From: Anaerolineaceae bacterium | Lineage (GTDB): Bacteria > Chloroflexota > Anaerolineae > Anaerolineales > Anaerolineaceae | DNA: 64,000 bases | Direction of reading: 5' to 3' | Assembly (NCBI GenBank): GCA_041741455.1 | Contig: JBGSJZ010000099.1 | Coordinates: 64,870 to 128,869 of the forward strand | Part shown: positions 9,155 through 18,856 of the stretch, one piece after another | How the letters are laid out: each line of letters begins with the position of its first letter | Position numbering within the stretch: position 1 is the first letter of the stretch | Notes under the pieces: generated by a model | Told to the model about the DNA's origin: nothing | The model's database searches: none | Seen by the model: only the letters and a program-made list of their open reading frames with translations | Translations under genes and position numbers: made by a program

Positions 9155-10620
9155 TGCGTTCCCTCCTTGATTTGCAGATAGATTTTCGCATAGTCAATGG
9201 CAGACTTTTGCCATGAAAAATCCTGGGCCATGGCCCTGAGCTGCATGGCTTGCCAGGCCTGCTGGTTCTGATAATGTTGCAGGGCTTTGGTCAACCGGCT
9301 GGCAAAAGCTTCCGGGGAAGCCGCGGCAAACAAGAAACCGGTACTGGTTTTGCCGGTTGGGTCATCGGTGATGGTATCCCGCAGGCCACCAGTGGCACGG
9401 GCGAGTGGCAGGCAGCCGTAACGCATGGCGATCATCTGAGCCAGACCGCATGGCTCATAGCGCGAGGGCATCAGCAGGATATCGCCTCCGGCATACATGC
9501 GGCGGGCCAGGCGGGCATCGAAACGCAGAGCAGCCCGTACCTTGGTCGGTAGCTCGGCTTCCATGCGGTGGGCGGCTTCCTCCAGCAAGGGGTCGCCAGT
9601 GCCCAGCATGATGATCTTCCAGGGTAAATCTTTCACCATTTGAAGACCGCTCAGGGCAATATCCACGCCTTTCTGGCGATCAAATCGCCCAATCAGAATC
9701 AACAATGGGGTCTCTGGATCGGGCTGCAATTTAAATTCAGTCAGCAGGGCGTGTTTGTTGGCTTCCCGGGCGAGCAGGTTTTCAGTGGAGAATTGTGCAG
9801 GGATTTCGGAGTCTTTACTGGGATCCCAGTTTTCTGTATCCAACCCGTTGAGAATACCGGAAAGGGCACGCCATCGGGTTTTGAGAAATTCCTGCAAGTC
9901 ACAACCGAACTCGGGGGTTAGAACTTCCTCAGCGTAGGTAGGCGAAACGGCCACAACTTTATCGGCTGCCTGGATGCCCATGGGTAGCGGGATCTGCCAG
10001 GACCAGACTGGCATGGCAGGGTCGCGCACCGGTGGAATGCCGAATTCCCCAACTACTTTTTCAGCGCCGGCGCCCATGAAAGGCAGGTTGTGCACACTGA
10101 GCAAAGAGCCTGTGGATTGATAGAAGGGGTCCTGCTTCTTGTATAGGGCAAGAACATACGGCGAGAGGGCGGTGTGCCAATCGTTGGCGTGCAGAATATC
10201 CACCGGCCAATTCAAGGCTTTGGGCAACTCCAGCACTGCCAGCGAGAAAAAGACATATTTCAGGGCGTCCACCCGGTGATCTGGAGAATAGACCGGACCT
10301 TCCTCTGGTATGTAAGCGCCGGCGATCAAGTAAACTGGGATGCCGTTGACTTCGGTCAAATAGGCCTGGGCAGGCAATGGGCCGGAAGGGTGGGGTACGC
10401 TGAACTCCGCCACCAGGTGGGCATTTTTCACCTTTTGGCGGATGGAGGGATGAAAAGGGATAGCCAGGCGGACATCCAGCTTCGGCAATCCGGCGGAATC
10501 CGGGATATTCCGTAAAAAGGCTGGTAGCGAGCCTGCTACATCCCCCAGGCCGCCGACCTTGACCAAAGGGTCAGCTTCCGAAGCAACAAATAGAATATTC
10601 AGCCGAACTTTACTCTCCAT
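9151..10620 (-). CDS. glgA: Glycogen synthase (ADP-glucose type)
   Basis: [13 protein letters not shown] motif and GT5 family features. Start trimmed to [15 protein letters not shown] (ATG at 10620, AAGGAGG RBS). ATGA overlap with the glgC start. Confidence 0.9.
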   Translation of the reverse strand: MESKVRLNILFVASEADPLVKVGGLGDVAGSLPAFLRNIPDSAGLPKLDVRLAIPFHPSIRQKVKNAHLVAEFSVPHPSGPLPAQAYLTEVNGIPVYLIAGAYIPEEGPVYSPDHRVDALKYVFFSLAVLELPKALNWPVDILHANDWHTALSPYVLALYKKQDPFYQSTGSLLSVHNLPFMGAGAEKVVGEFGIPPVRDPAMPVWSWQIPLPMGIQAADKVVAVSPTYAEEVLTPEFGCDLQEFLKTRWRALSGILNGLDTENWDPSKDSEIPAQFSTENLLAREANKHALLTEFKLQPDPETPLLILIGRFDRQKGVDIALSGLQMVKDLPWKIIMLGTGDPLLEEAAHRMEAELPTKVRAALRFDARLARRMYAGGDILLMPSRYEPCGLAQMIAMRYGCLPLARATGGLRDTITDDPTGKTSTGFLFAAASPEAFASRLTKALQHYQNQQAWQAMQLRAMAQDFSWQKSAIDYAKIYLQIKEGTQ

Positions 10621-10645
10621 GCCAACACCCTCCTTATTGATTGTA

Positions 10646-12622
10646 TCAGGCATAACGCGCCAGTTCAAAATAATCTTCTGTGATGGTTTCGGAGGAATCA
10701 GCGCCAAGCATGGTAATCAACTCACCCACCAAGGCGGATTTGGTTTCCGCATCCTTCAGGCTCCAGGTGCTGCTTTTAATTTCTAAGAAACAACCCAGGG
10801 CGGGTTTCTGGACTGAATCGACATTGACATAAAATTCTGTGTCCTTGTAGCGGATGGTGTAGCGCAAGCGATCCTTCTCAATTTCCAGGGCAGAAGCAGG
10901 TTTGAAATATTCGCGGTAGAAGCGCAGGCTTTGGGTGGCTGGCGCCAGGTAGCGGGAGCGGGAAAGCAGGACGCGCTGGGGAAAGCGGTGTTCGCTGACC
11001 ACGCCGATCAGGGTCAGGCGAGAGCGAACCGAAGTGGATTCACCCTTTTCATTAATAAACTGATCCTCGCGGTAACGGAGGTGTCCCTGACCAGGTTCTT
11101 CGAAGGTGAAATAAGTGTCAAATTGACGGTAGTGACGGAAACGCAGGATTTCTATACAAGGCTGTTTTAAACCATCCATCACTGGATCGCTGCATTGGAT
11201 GCGGATTTTGGCCTGGATTTCAAAACTTTCGGCCTGCATAGCTCCACCAATCGCGACTAATTTGGAGACAATCGAGGTTTCCCGGCGCAACAGGAAGATA
11301 TCGATCTTGTGGGCATAATCCGCTGCCCCGCGCAAGATATCAGTTTCATCCACGGTGAGCAGTTTATGGGCGCGCATCAACCACTGGCCGTTGACCATGA
11401 CATCGCTGACATCCGTGGCTTTGGCAGCGTAAACCACCTGAGCATAAGCGCTGTGCGGATCGCGGCGGAAGCGGGGTGAATTATGGAGCGGATTGAGGTC
11501 GATCAGGATCAGATCGGCGCGCTTGCCTTCTTCCAGGGAACCGGTTAGATGACCGATGTGCATGGCTTTGGCGCCTAAGCGGGTGGCCATGGTCAGTACG
11601 GTGCGGGCTGGTAGGGCGGTGGGATCGCCCGTGCTACCCTTGGCCAGAAAAGCCGTTAGACGTAATTCTTCAAACATATCTAGGTCGTTATTGGAGGCCG
11701 GTCCATCCGTGCCGATGCCAACATTGAGGCCCAGCTCCATCATACGCTTCGCACCGGCAATGCCGGATGCCAACTTGAGATTGGAGGACGGGCAGTGGGC
11801 CACACCTGAACCGGAATGTTGCAGGGAACGCATTTCGCCTTCATCGATGTGGACACAATGAGCCGAAAGGACTTTTGCTTCAAACAGGCCATGTTTTTTC
11901 ATGTATGGCACTACCGGCATGCCTTGTTCCGCCCGCATGTTTTCGACTTCCAGGTTGGTTTCTGAGATATGCGTATGCAATGGAACATCAAACTCCACTG
12001 CCAAGGCAGCGGAGGCGCGCAGGATCTCTGGGGTACATGTATAGGCAGCATGGGGGGCGACCGATGGAACAATCAAGGGATGGTTCTTCCAGCGCTGGAT
12101 AAAATCTCGGGTGGAGGCCAGTGATTCTTCGTAGAAGCGGGCGTCAGGTGTGGGAAATTTCATGACGGATTGGGAACACACGGCGCGCATGCCCACCTCG
12201 GCTGTGGCAGCAGCAATATCTTCCTCGAAATAGTACATATCCGCAAAGCTGGTAACGCCGGAACGAATCATCTCAGCGCAGGCCAGCTTGGTGCCCAGGC
12301 GAACAAAATCTGGTGAGACAAACTCGCGCTCCACGGGCATCATGTAACCCATCAGCCAGACATCCAGACGTAAATCGTCTGCCAGGCCGCGTAAAAGGGT
12401 CATGGGAACATGGGTATGGGCGTTGACCAAGCCTGGCATCAAAACCTTGCCACCGCAATCGATCACCTGGGGGGCATTAAAACGCTGGCGAATTTCGGCT
12501 TCAGAACCGACTCCGGCAATTGAATCGCCCTGGATAGCAACCGCACCCGGTTCATACAGGTTGTACTGTTCGTCCATGGTCATGACGAGGGCATTGGTCA
12601 ATAAAAGGTCAACCGTCTCCAT
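10646..12622 (-). CDS. MtaD-like amidohydrolase (5-methylthioadenosine/S-adenosylhomocysteine deaminase family) fused to a C-terminal CYTH (triphosphate tunnel) domain
   Basis: 658 aa, one uninterrupted ORF. Residues 1 to about 445 carry the metal-dependent amidohydrolase signatures (GLVNAHTHVPMTLLRG ... HCVH ... GTDGPASNN). The C-terminal ~200 aa begin SFEIQAKIRI (ExExK-like CYTH N-terminal motif with the second Glu replaced by Gln) and continue with CYTH-like beta strands (RLRYTIRYKDTEFYVNVDSV...FLEIKS). Confidence 0.7.
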   Translation of the reverse strand: METVDLLLTNALVMTMDEQYNLYEPGAVAIQGDSIAGVGSEAEIRQRFNAPQVIDCGGKVLMPGLVNAHTHVPMTLLRGLADDLRLDVWLMGYMMPVEREFVSPDFVRLGTKLACAEMIRSGVTSFADMYYFEEDIAAATAEVGMRAVCSQSVMKFPTPDARFYEESLASTRDFIQRWKNHPLIVPSVAPHAAYTCTPEILRASAALAVEFDVPLHTHISETNLEVENMRAEQGMPVVPYMKKHGLFEAKVLSAHCVHIDEGEMRSLQHSGSGVAHCPSSNLKLASGIAGAKRMMELGLNVGIGTDGPASNNDLDMFEELRLTAFLAKGSTGDPTALPARTVLTMATRLGAKAMHIGHLTGSLEEGKRADLILIDLNPLHNSPRFRRDPHSAYAQVVYAAKATDVSDVMVNGQWLMRAHKLLTVDETDILRGAADYAHKIDIFLLRRETSIVSKLVAIGGAMQAESFEIQAKIRIQCSDPVMDGLKQPCIEILRFRHYRQFDTYFTFEEPGQGHLRYREDQFINEKGESTSVRSRLTLIGVVSEHRFPQRVLLSRSRYLAPATQSLRFYREYFKPASALEIEKDRLRYTIRYKDTEFYVNVDSVQKPALGCFLEIKSSTWSLKDAETKSALVGELITMLGADSSETITEDYFELARYA

Positions 12623-12717
12623 TCGTTCTCCTTGTTAAGAAATATTCTCCGAGAAGTGATCAGACCCTAGGAGACTTGATTTGTTCTAGAAATCAAAATA
12701 ACATTTACCTATTGATA

Positions 12718-13863
12718 TTATATCCTTCGCCGTAAGGCATCCAGGGCAGAATTGACACTCCAGAGCACACCATTGGCTGGCGGCCCGCCATAGCTGAGGG
12801 TGGAAGAGTAACGACCAGAAGGCGTAATAACCAGCAAATGCAGCGTCTGTTTCTCCTGTCCGGGATGATACGAGGAGCACATGCCAGCAGATGCACCTGA
12901 CTTCTGCATCTGATCGTAAAGCAAGATTTCTAAATCCAACTCTGGATCAGGGTAATCAATAATGTTTGCAAAAGTAGCATCGTAGCCGAAGCTGGCCAGA
13001 AGGTGGGTCAGCTCTCCACCTCCGCCGCAATCCACCAAGGCAATGCTGAGATTTTTCTGGCTGGCTGTTTGCAAAATAACGTTGGGAAGGAAATCCTGAT
13101 CGACACCGTAAATATGCGAGCCGACCCGGCGACGAATTTCGGCTTCAACTTCCGCAATCATCTGGTCTGCCAATTCAGCTGAAGTTGCCTTGGCTGTGAT
13201 GCGGATATCCACCTGGCCAGTATGGGCTGCCAGGCCAACCGTCGGATTGGTCAGTTGTTCCAGGTCGCTGATCTGTTCATCCACCAGAGATTCGCCAATG
13301 CCAGCCAGGTGAATGATCCGTGCTTTAATAATACCCTGCAACTGAAAATGCTCACGCAGAAATGGCAGCACATGGTTTTGCAATGCCCATTCCATCTCGC
13401 GTGGAACACCTGGCAAGCTAATGATTGGCTTTCCATGAATGGTAGTAATGAAAGATGGGGCGGTACCCACCTGGTTCTCAATAGCCCGAGCACCATGCGG
13501 GATATAAGCCTGGCGGCGATTGTTTTCCGAAGGTTCCCGGCTGTAGCGGCGGAAACGCTCGAGAATTTGATCCCATAGCTCCGGATGATATTCCAACTCC
13601 ATCCCTGCAGCCAGGGCGACTGCCTGGCGAGTGGGGTCATCGATGGTTGGGCCGAGCCCGCCGGTGGTAATCACGAAATCTGACCGGTTAAGAGCATCTT
13701 GAATGGCCTGGGCAATCCTTTCGGCATTATCGCCAATCATACTAGTTCGGAAGAGGTCCACCCCAGCATCCCGAAGAAGTCGGGCGATGACACGGGTGTT
13801 GGTATCCTGGATTTCACCAAGGAGGAGTTCGGTACCGATGGCGAGGATTTCTGCTACGGGCAT
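12718..13863 (-). CDS. cinA: CinA-family competence/damage-inducible protein
   Basis: 381 aa. N-terminus AEILAIGTELLLGEIQDTNTRVIARLL is the MoCF-biosynthesis (CinA N) domain. The C-terminus is the CinA_C deamidase domain. Confidence 0.85.
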   Translation of the reverse strand: MPVAEILAIGTELLLGEIQDTNTRVIARLLRDAGVDLFRTSMIGDNAERIAQAIQDALNRSDFVITTGGLGPTIDDPTRQAVALAAGMELEYHPELWDQILERFRRYSREPSENNRRQAYIPHGARAIENQVGTAPSFITTIHGKPIISLPGVPREMEWALQNHVLPFLREHFQLQGIIKARIIHLAGIGESLVDEQISDLEQLTNPTVGLAAHTGQVDIRITAKATSAELADQMIAEVEAEIRRRVGSHIYGVDQDFLPNVILQTASQKNLSIALVDCGGGGELTHLLASFGYDATFANIIDYPDPELDLEILLYDQMQKSGASAGMCSSYHPGQEKQTLHLLVITPSGRYSSTLSYGGPPANGVLWSVNSALDALRRRI

Positions 13864-15020
13864 TCTTGATCCTGGAAATTAATATGGTAAGAGCTTATTG
13901 GATAAAAACACAACCCTTGAAGGGTTGGTTTCAACACAAGGAGTTCATCCAAAAATCCCTGCCTTGGCAGCAAAATGCTCTTGTCTTTGAATACAATGGC
14001 CGTATTCTCCAATGCCTGAAGGATCATTTCCGCCGCCTGATAAGACCTGAATGAGGTCAAACTGTTTTGCTCATTATAACGTTTTTCGTATGAGTGCGTG
14101 AATGTTGGCGGGATTTCATTTGAATTCAGCCCCAAGAAAGCGAAATCATTCAACGGAAAGGTTGAAGTGTTTAACAAAAAACCTTGTGGATCGAGTAGAA
14201 TGACGGATTGCTTTTCCAGAAGATGGTTCAGGTCGGCCAGCTTCGTGAAGGATGATGTTGAGTAGAGAAAAACCCAAATATCGGCCCGAGCCAGAACGGA
14301 AGCCGACAGATATGGATCGAGGTTGGTAACTCCTGCATCTACATAAACCGGATCCAGGCAGGAGAAACCCTGGGCAGAAGGAGACTGGCACGTGGCAGTA
14401 TAAAAATCGCGTCGGGTAGAGTCGTTCTCAATAATCCAACCGATGGCCTGGCCTGGATGGTTACTTGCCAGGAACTTTCTGGCGGACGAAACTGAGAGGG
14501 TAAAACTTGGGCTGAGAGGAATCCAGGAGTAATGATCTTCGGCTAAATTGACCGGTATGGGAGAAAGGGTGATGATGCCTGCATCTTCGATCAAACGTAA
14601 AGATTGGGAAGCATTGAGCGAACAGGCTGGCCCGACAAAAATAAACAAGTTTGGCAAGCCGGTCAGCTGATTGACATCAAGTTGCACTTTTTCTGGATAA
14701 CATCGAACGGAATGCAGGATAAGTTTTAGCGGGTGACCGGAAAATTCGCGGTGGTCAGCCATGAAAATCTCGATTCCGCGTTGAATTTCAATACTGATTG
14801 AGCGGGCAGGCTCAATTGAGGAATCATCTGTGGCAATCCCGATTTCTTCGTTTACCGAAAAAAACCAACAACCTTGCGGGTCGGTGCATTGGGGATGCGG
14901 CTGACAGGCAACGAGTATCAGCAGCAGAAAAAATATCACCGTAATGAAAATAAACGGCCGTGGGCACCCGGCCGGAGCGGAATCAGGATTTTGAGCGTTG
15001 AGAGTAAAGCAAGATTTCAC
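13854..15020 (-). CDS. Predicted lipoprotein with type 1 periplasmic-binding-protein-like fold; function unknown
   Basis: 388 aa. The hydrophobic segment ends in the lipobox LVAC. The central region has alternating beta-alpha character resembling Leu/Ile/Val-type binding proteins. No ABC permease genes are adjacent. The start is uncertain because the 5' end overlaps the upstream gene by 38 nt. Confidence 0.35.
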   Translation of the reverse strand: MKSCFTLNAQNPDSAPAGCPRPFIFITVIFFLLLILVACQPHPQCTDPQGCWFFSVNEEIGIATDDSSIEPARSISIEIQRGIEIFMADHREFSGHPLKLILHSVRCYPEKVQLDVNQLTGLPNLFIFVGPACSLNASQSLRLIEDAGIITLSPIPVNLAEDHYSWIPLSPSFTLSVSSARKFLASNHPGQAIGWIIENDSTRRDFYTATCQSPSAQGFSCLDPVYVDAGVTNLDPYLSASVLARADIWVFLYSTSSFTKLADLNHLLEKQSVILLDPQGFLLNTSTFPLNDFAFLGLNSNEIPPTFTHSYEKRYNEQNSLTSFRSYQAAEMILQALENTAIVFKDKSILLPRQGFLDELLVLKPTLQGLCFYPISSYHINFQDQECP

Positions 15021-15483
15021 GAATTTTCAGGTCAGTATTGCGCATTTTTAGAGCTAAATCTGATGCCAGGTTCAACATGACGCGATAACCCAGTTCCGGG
15101 TAGGTGTTGCACAGGAGCATCAAGCGGTTGCGCTGCAAGCGTAATAGTTGAGTACGTTTTTCGGCAGCACGGGCACTGGCGGTGCGCACACCTTCATCCA
15201 CTAAGGCAATTTCGCCAAAACTTTGTCCGCGCCGTAAGGTTGCAATCACTACAGGTTCATGAGACCCTTCAGGGCGAGGGGATACCAAGGCTGGGTTGAC
15301 CAAGATTTGGATCGAACCATTAATTATTAAGTATAATTCTGTTTCGCGAGAATTTTCTTCGAATATTAGATCACCTTCTTCGAAGACGCGTTCCTCACAC
15401 AGACTGTCCACAAGTTCTAACTGGGTGGCAGTAAGATTGTAGAACAGATCTGATTCATGTAAAAAACTAATATATTTGCCCAT
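14983..15483 (-). CDS. Stand-alone cyclic nucleotide-binding (cNMP/CAP effector) domain protein
   Basis: 166 aa. FEEGDLIFEENSRETELYLIINGSIQI ... RRGQSFGEIALVDEGVRTASARA matches the cNMP-binding beta-roll with a conserved FGE and Arg-Thr/Ala phosphate-binding cassette. No DNA-binding output domain. Confidence 0.7.
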   Translation of the reverse strand: MGKYISFLHESDLFYNLTATQLELVDSLCEERVFEEGDLIFEENSRETELYLIINGSIQILVNPALVSPRPEGSHEPVVIATLRRGQSFGEIALVDEGVRTASARAAEKRTQLLRLQRNRLMLLCNTYPELGYRVMLNLASDLALKMRNTDLKIREILLYSQRSKS

Positions 15484-15633
15484 CGCAATCTCCTGATTGT
15501 GAATAGTGTAACAAACCCGAGAAATGAAGTCAAACGTCCGTATAGCAATTGCAAGGATGGAGTTTTGGATGGTTGTGGAAAAATTACCAGGAGCTGAAGA
15601 ACCCTGTTACAATATTTGTCTGACGGAGCAAAG

Positions 15634-16014
15634 ATGAGCAAACGAGTTGCACCTTCTCACAAACAACGGATTGGCTGGTGGGGGGAACGGAATGCCGAAA
15701 ATTACCTGGTGGACCGTGGGCTGGAATTGGTGGCGCGTTATGTCCGGACTTCGTATGGTGAAATTGACCTGGTGATGCGTACCTCACAGGAATGGGTGTT
15801 TGTTGAAGTTAAGGCGCGTACCAGCGATTCATACGGTATGCCGGAAAAAGCCATAACAAAATCAAAACGAAGTCACCTGGTGGCTGCGGTGGAGGCTTAC
15901 TTGGTTACTGTAGATGAACCACCTAACCAGTGGCGGGTGGATGTGGTGGCAGTACGGGGGAAACCGGGGGAAAACGAGGTGGAGGTGATCTGGTTTGAAA
16001 ACGCTCTGGCCTGA
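15634..16014 (+). CDS. yraN: YraN-family (UPF0102) endonuclease-like protein
   Basis: GE..AE.YL...G...ARY....GEIDLV....EWVFVEVKAR pattern. Start moved from the tool TTG at 15616 to the ATG at 15634, which is preceded by a GGAG RBS. Confidence 0.75.
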   Translation: MSKRVAPSHKQRIGWWGERNAENYLVDRGLELVARYVRTSYGEIDLVMRTSQEWVFVEVKARTSDSYGMPEKAITKSKRSHLVAAVEAYLVTVDEPPNQWRVDVVAVRGKPGENEVEVIWFENALA

Positions 16015-16978
16015 TAGCCCGCTCATCGTCATCCTGGGACCGACTGCAGTTGGTAAGACCGAAATTGCTCTGCAACTGGCCGAAAGCCTGGATGGTGAAA
16101 TTGTTTCGGTAGATTCGCGCCTGTTTTACCAGGGTATGGATATCGGTACAGCCAAACCGACCGAAGCTGAAAGGAAACGGGTGGTTCACCATTTGGTGGA
16201 TGTAGCTGAACCGGATCAGCCCTGGAGCCTGTCTAAATTTCAGGAAGAAGCCCAGCTTTGTATTATGGATATTCACCAACGCGGCCGGCTGCCTTTCCTG
16301 GTTGGTGGTACCGGGCAATACATTCGGGCAGTGATTGAAGGCTGGCTGCCACCCGATCAGCCTGCAGATGATCAGATGCGTATGGTAATTGAGAACTGGG
16401 CTGCCAAGATTGGCCGGGTTGAATTACACCGAAAATTGGCTATTCTGGACCCCAAGGCAGCCTGGGCGATCGATCCGACCAACCTGCGTCGGACTGTGAG
16501 AGCGTTGGAAGTGGTTTTTTCCACTGGGAAACGCTTTTCTGAACAACGCCGTAAAGGCGGCTCTGCTTATTCGGTCCTGCAAATCGGGCTGACACGACCA
16601 AGAGCTGAGTTATATGCCCGCATCGATGTTCGAATTGATTTAATGGTGACAACAGGTTTGCTGGAAGAAACCAGGTGCTTGCTGGCAAAGGGTTATTCAA
16701 CCGCATTACCCAGCCTTTCCGCCATAGGATACCGGGAGATGGTTGAGGTGCTGGAAGGCCACATCAGCTTGGACGAGGCGGTCATCTTGATGAAGCGCAA
16801 GACGCGTGAATACGTGCGCCGACAGGCTAACTGGTTCAAGCTGGAGGACCCACTCATTCGCTGGTTTGATGCTGGCCAAATTACGGTGGAAGAAATCTTG
16901 GCTTACATCGCCTGTGGTGAAGGATGGATTTCAAAAAGAAATCAGACAGAGGTGGCGGATGGAGAAACCCTGGGTTAG
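15995..16978 (+). CDS. miaA: tRNA dimethylallyltransferase
   Basis: 327 aa. P-loop LIVILGPTAVGKTEIAL and a DSRLFYQGMDIGTAKP motif. Likely TTG start with a GGAGG RBS. Confidence 0.9.
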   Translation: MKTLWPDSPLIVILGPTAVGKTEIALQLAESLDGEIVSVDSRLFYQGMDIGTAKPTEAERKRVVHHLVDVAEPDQPWSLSKFQEEAQLCIMDIHQRGRLPFLVGGTGQYIRAVIEGWLPPDQPADDQMRMVIENWAAKIGRVELHRKLAILDPKAAWAIDPTNLRRTVRALEVVFSTGKRFSEQRRKGGSAYSVLQIGLTRPRAELYARIDVRIDLMVTTGLLEETRCLLAKGYSTALPSLSAIGYREMVEVLEGHISLDEAVILMKRKTREYVRRQANWFKLEDPLIRWFDAGQITVEEILAYIACGEGWISKRNQTEVADGETLG

Positions 16979-18623
16979 ACAATACGATCCGGCTGTACCT
17001 GAACACCTGGAATATCCGGATGTGCCGTTATATTCTTTTTTAGAACAGTCCTCCAGGAATTTTCCAAACCAGGCCTGCACTATCTTTAATGATTTGAGCA
17101 TCTCATATCTGCGAATGGAACAATTGAGTAATCGATTGGCGCATCGTTTTGTCACGCTTGGGATTCTTAAGGGTGAACGAGTTGGCCTTTGTATGCCCAA
17201 CATTCCGCAGTTTGTGCTGACTTTTTTTGCAATCTTGAAAGCTGGCGGGGTGGTGGTTGCGCTAAATCCGATGTACAAACGAGCTGAAATGTCCTTTCAA
17301 CTGGCGGATGCCGGGGTGCAGACGGTGATTTGCCATGCAGGTGCTTTGCCAGTGTTGCGCGATGTGGAGCAGGCAGGTATCCCTCAACGGCGCATCATCA
17401 CCCGGGTGGAAGATGCCGACTTTTTGGCTGCGGGGTTGGAAGATCAATTCTCCAGCTCCATTTCGGATCAATTGACCGGGGAAATTGGTTTATTGGAATT
17501 TTTGCAACCACTGGGAAATGATGGGAGACCGGATGTTGAAGTCAACCCAAATGACCCAGCTGTTTTTCAATATTCCGGTGGTACCACTGGAATACCCAAA
17601 GGCGCTATTGGCTTGCACCGCAACCTTGTGGCCAACACTGTCCAGTTCCGCACATGGTTGACTGGTATGCAGGAGGGTGAAGAAACGATATTAACCGCCA
17701 TCCCGCTTTATCATGTGTATGGTATGGTGATCGCCATGAGCATGGGGATTGCGCTGGGGGCAAGGCTGATTTTGACGGTCGATCCCCGCAATTTCCAGGA
17801 TTTACTGGAAAAGATTGACCGTTACCATCCGACTATCTTTCCGGGTGTGCCAGGGTTGTACCATGGCATCAACCAATATCCGGATGTTCAAGCGGGTAAT
17901 CACAATTTAGGTTCCATTCGGGCCTGTATTTCTGGCTCGGCTCCATTGCTGCGGGAGGTAAAGGAAAAATTTGAAACCCTGACCGGCGGAAAACTGGTTG
18001 AAGGCTACGGTCTTTCCGAAGCCCCGACAGCAACACATTGCAATCCGATCCTAGGTGAAAACCGGATTGGATCGATTGGCCTGCCTTTACCGGATGTAGA
18101 GGCGCGGATTGTGGATTTGGAGGACGGACAAGTGGAGATGTTGGCAGGCGAGGCCGGTGAATTAATTGTGCGTGGTCCGCAGATAATGGCCGGTTACCAC
18201 AACCACCCGGAGGAAACCAAGCTGGTGTTGCGGGATGGCTGGCTCTTCACCGGGGACGTGGCTCGGATGGATACCGAGGGTTATTTCTACCTGGTGGACC
18301 GCAAAAAGGAAGTGATAAAAGCTGGCGGGTACCAGGTCTGGCCGCGCGAAGTTGAAGAGGTAATTTCAGATCACCCAGCAGTATTGGAGGCGGGAGTGGC
18401 TGGTGTGATGCGGCCCGGCAAGGGAGAAACCATCAAAGCCTGGGTTGTGTTGAAACCCGGGATTTCCATAAATGAAGAAGAAATTCAGTGGTGGTGTACA
18501 CAACATCTGGCGCGTTTTAAAACCCCGGCAGAGATTGAATTCCTGAAAAAATTACCCAGGACCGGGGTGGGTAAATTGCTGCGGCGGGAGTTAGTCCGGA
18601 TGGATCGAGAAAGACAGGAGTGA
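16959..18623 (+). CDS. Long-chain fatty-acid--CoA ligase (AMP-dependent synthetase)
   Basis: AMP-binding signature YSGGTTGIPKGA and the C-terminal PRTGVGKLLRRELV motif. Start trimmed to MEKPWVRQYDP (ATG at 16959), which overlaps the miaA end by 20 nt. Confidence 0.85.
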   Translation: MEKPWVRQYDPAVPEHLEYPDVPLYSFLEQSSRNFPNQACTIFNDLSISYLRMEQLSNRLAHRFVTLGILKGERVGLCMPNIPQFVLTFFAILKAGGVVVALNPMYKRAEMSFQLADAGVQTVICHAGALPVLRDVEQAGIPQRRIITRVEDADFLAAGLEDQFSSSISDQLTGEIGLLEFLQPLGNDGRPDVEVNPNDPAVFQYSGGTTGIPKGAIGLHRNLVANTVQFRTWLTGMQEGEETILTAIPLYHVYGMVIAMSMGIALGARLILTVDPRNFQDLLEKIDRYHPTIFPGVPGLYHGINQYPDVQAGNHNLGSIRACISGSAPLLREVKEKFETLTGGKLVEGYGLSEAPTATHCNPILGENRIGSIGLPLPDVEARIVDLEDGQVEMLAGEAGELIVRGPQIMAGYHNHPEETKLVLRDGWLFTGDVARMDTEGYFYLVDRKKEVIKAGGYQVWPREVEEVISDHPAVLEAGVAGVMRPGKGETIKAWVVLKPGISINEEEIQWWCTQHLARFKTPAEIEFLKKLPRTGVGKLLRRELVRMDRERQE

Positions 18624-18821
18624 AAGCGGGCACAGAAAAGGGAGTGCTGCCAGTCAGTTTGTTCCTGCGGCTGGCATTTTACCAGGGCTGTGTGTTGTTT
18701 GTGATCCAGATGGACCAAGGACTAGTTGATTGTGAGACTTTCATGGACATATGTGCAAGGTATCAGAATGAGAAGTAAGTTTAGGGTGAGAATAGCTATT
18801 ACATAAAACCCTTTGAAAGAT

Positions 18822-18848
18822 GAGCGGTCTCCTTATGGGAGACCGCTC
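18822..18848 (-). terminator. Rho-independent terminator of ftsH
   Basis: GAGCGGTCTCC-ttatg-GGAGACCGCTC perfect 11-bp stem immediately 3' of the ftsH stop. Confidence 0.6.
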
Positions 18849-18856
18849 TCGATTTA

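Noticed and set aside
10646-11300. Treating the CYTH region as a separate gene starting at the internal Met (MQAESFEIQAK)
   Set aside because: There is no stop codon between the amidohydrolase and CYTH parts in this sequence, and no SD before the internal ATG. The fusion is reported as seen, with a note to verify against sequencing error.
18624-18856. Possible small ORF (22 codons, MDQGLVDCETFMDICARYQNEK) or ncRNA in the fadD-ftsH intergenic region
   Set aside because: Too short and no SD. The region is better explained by two terminator hairpins, one after each convergent gene.
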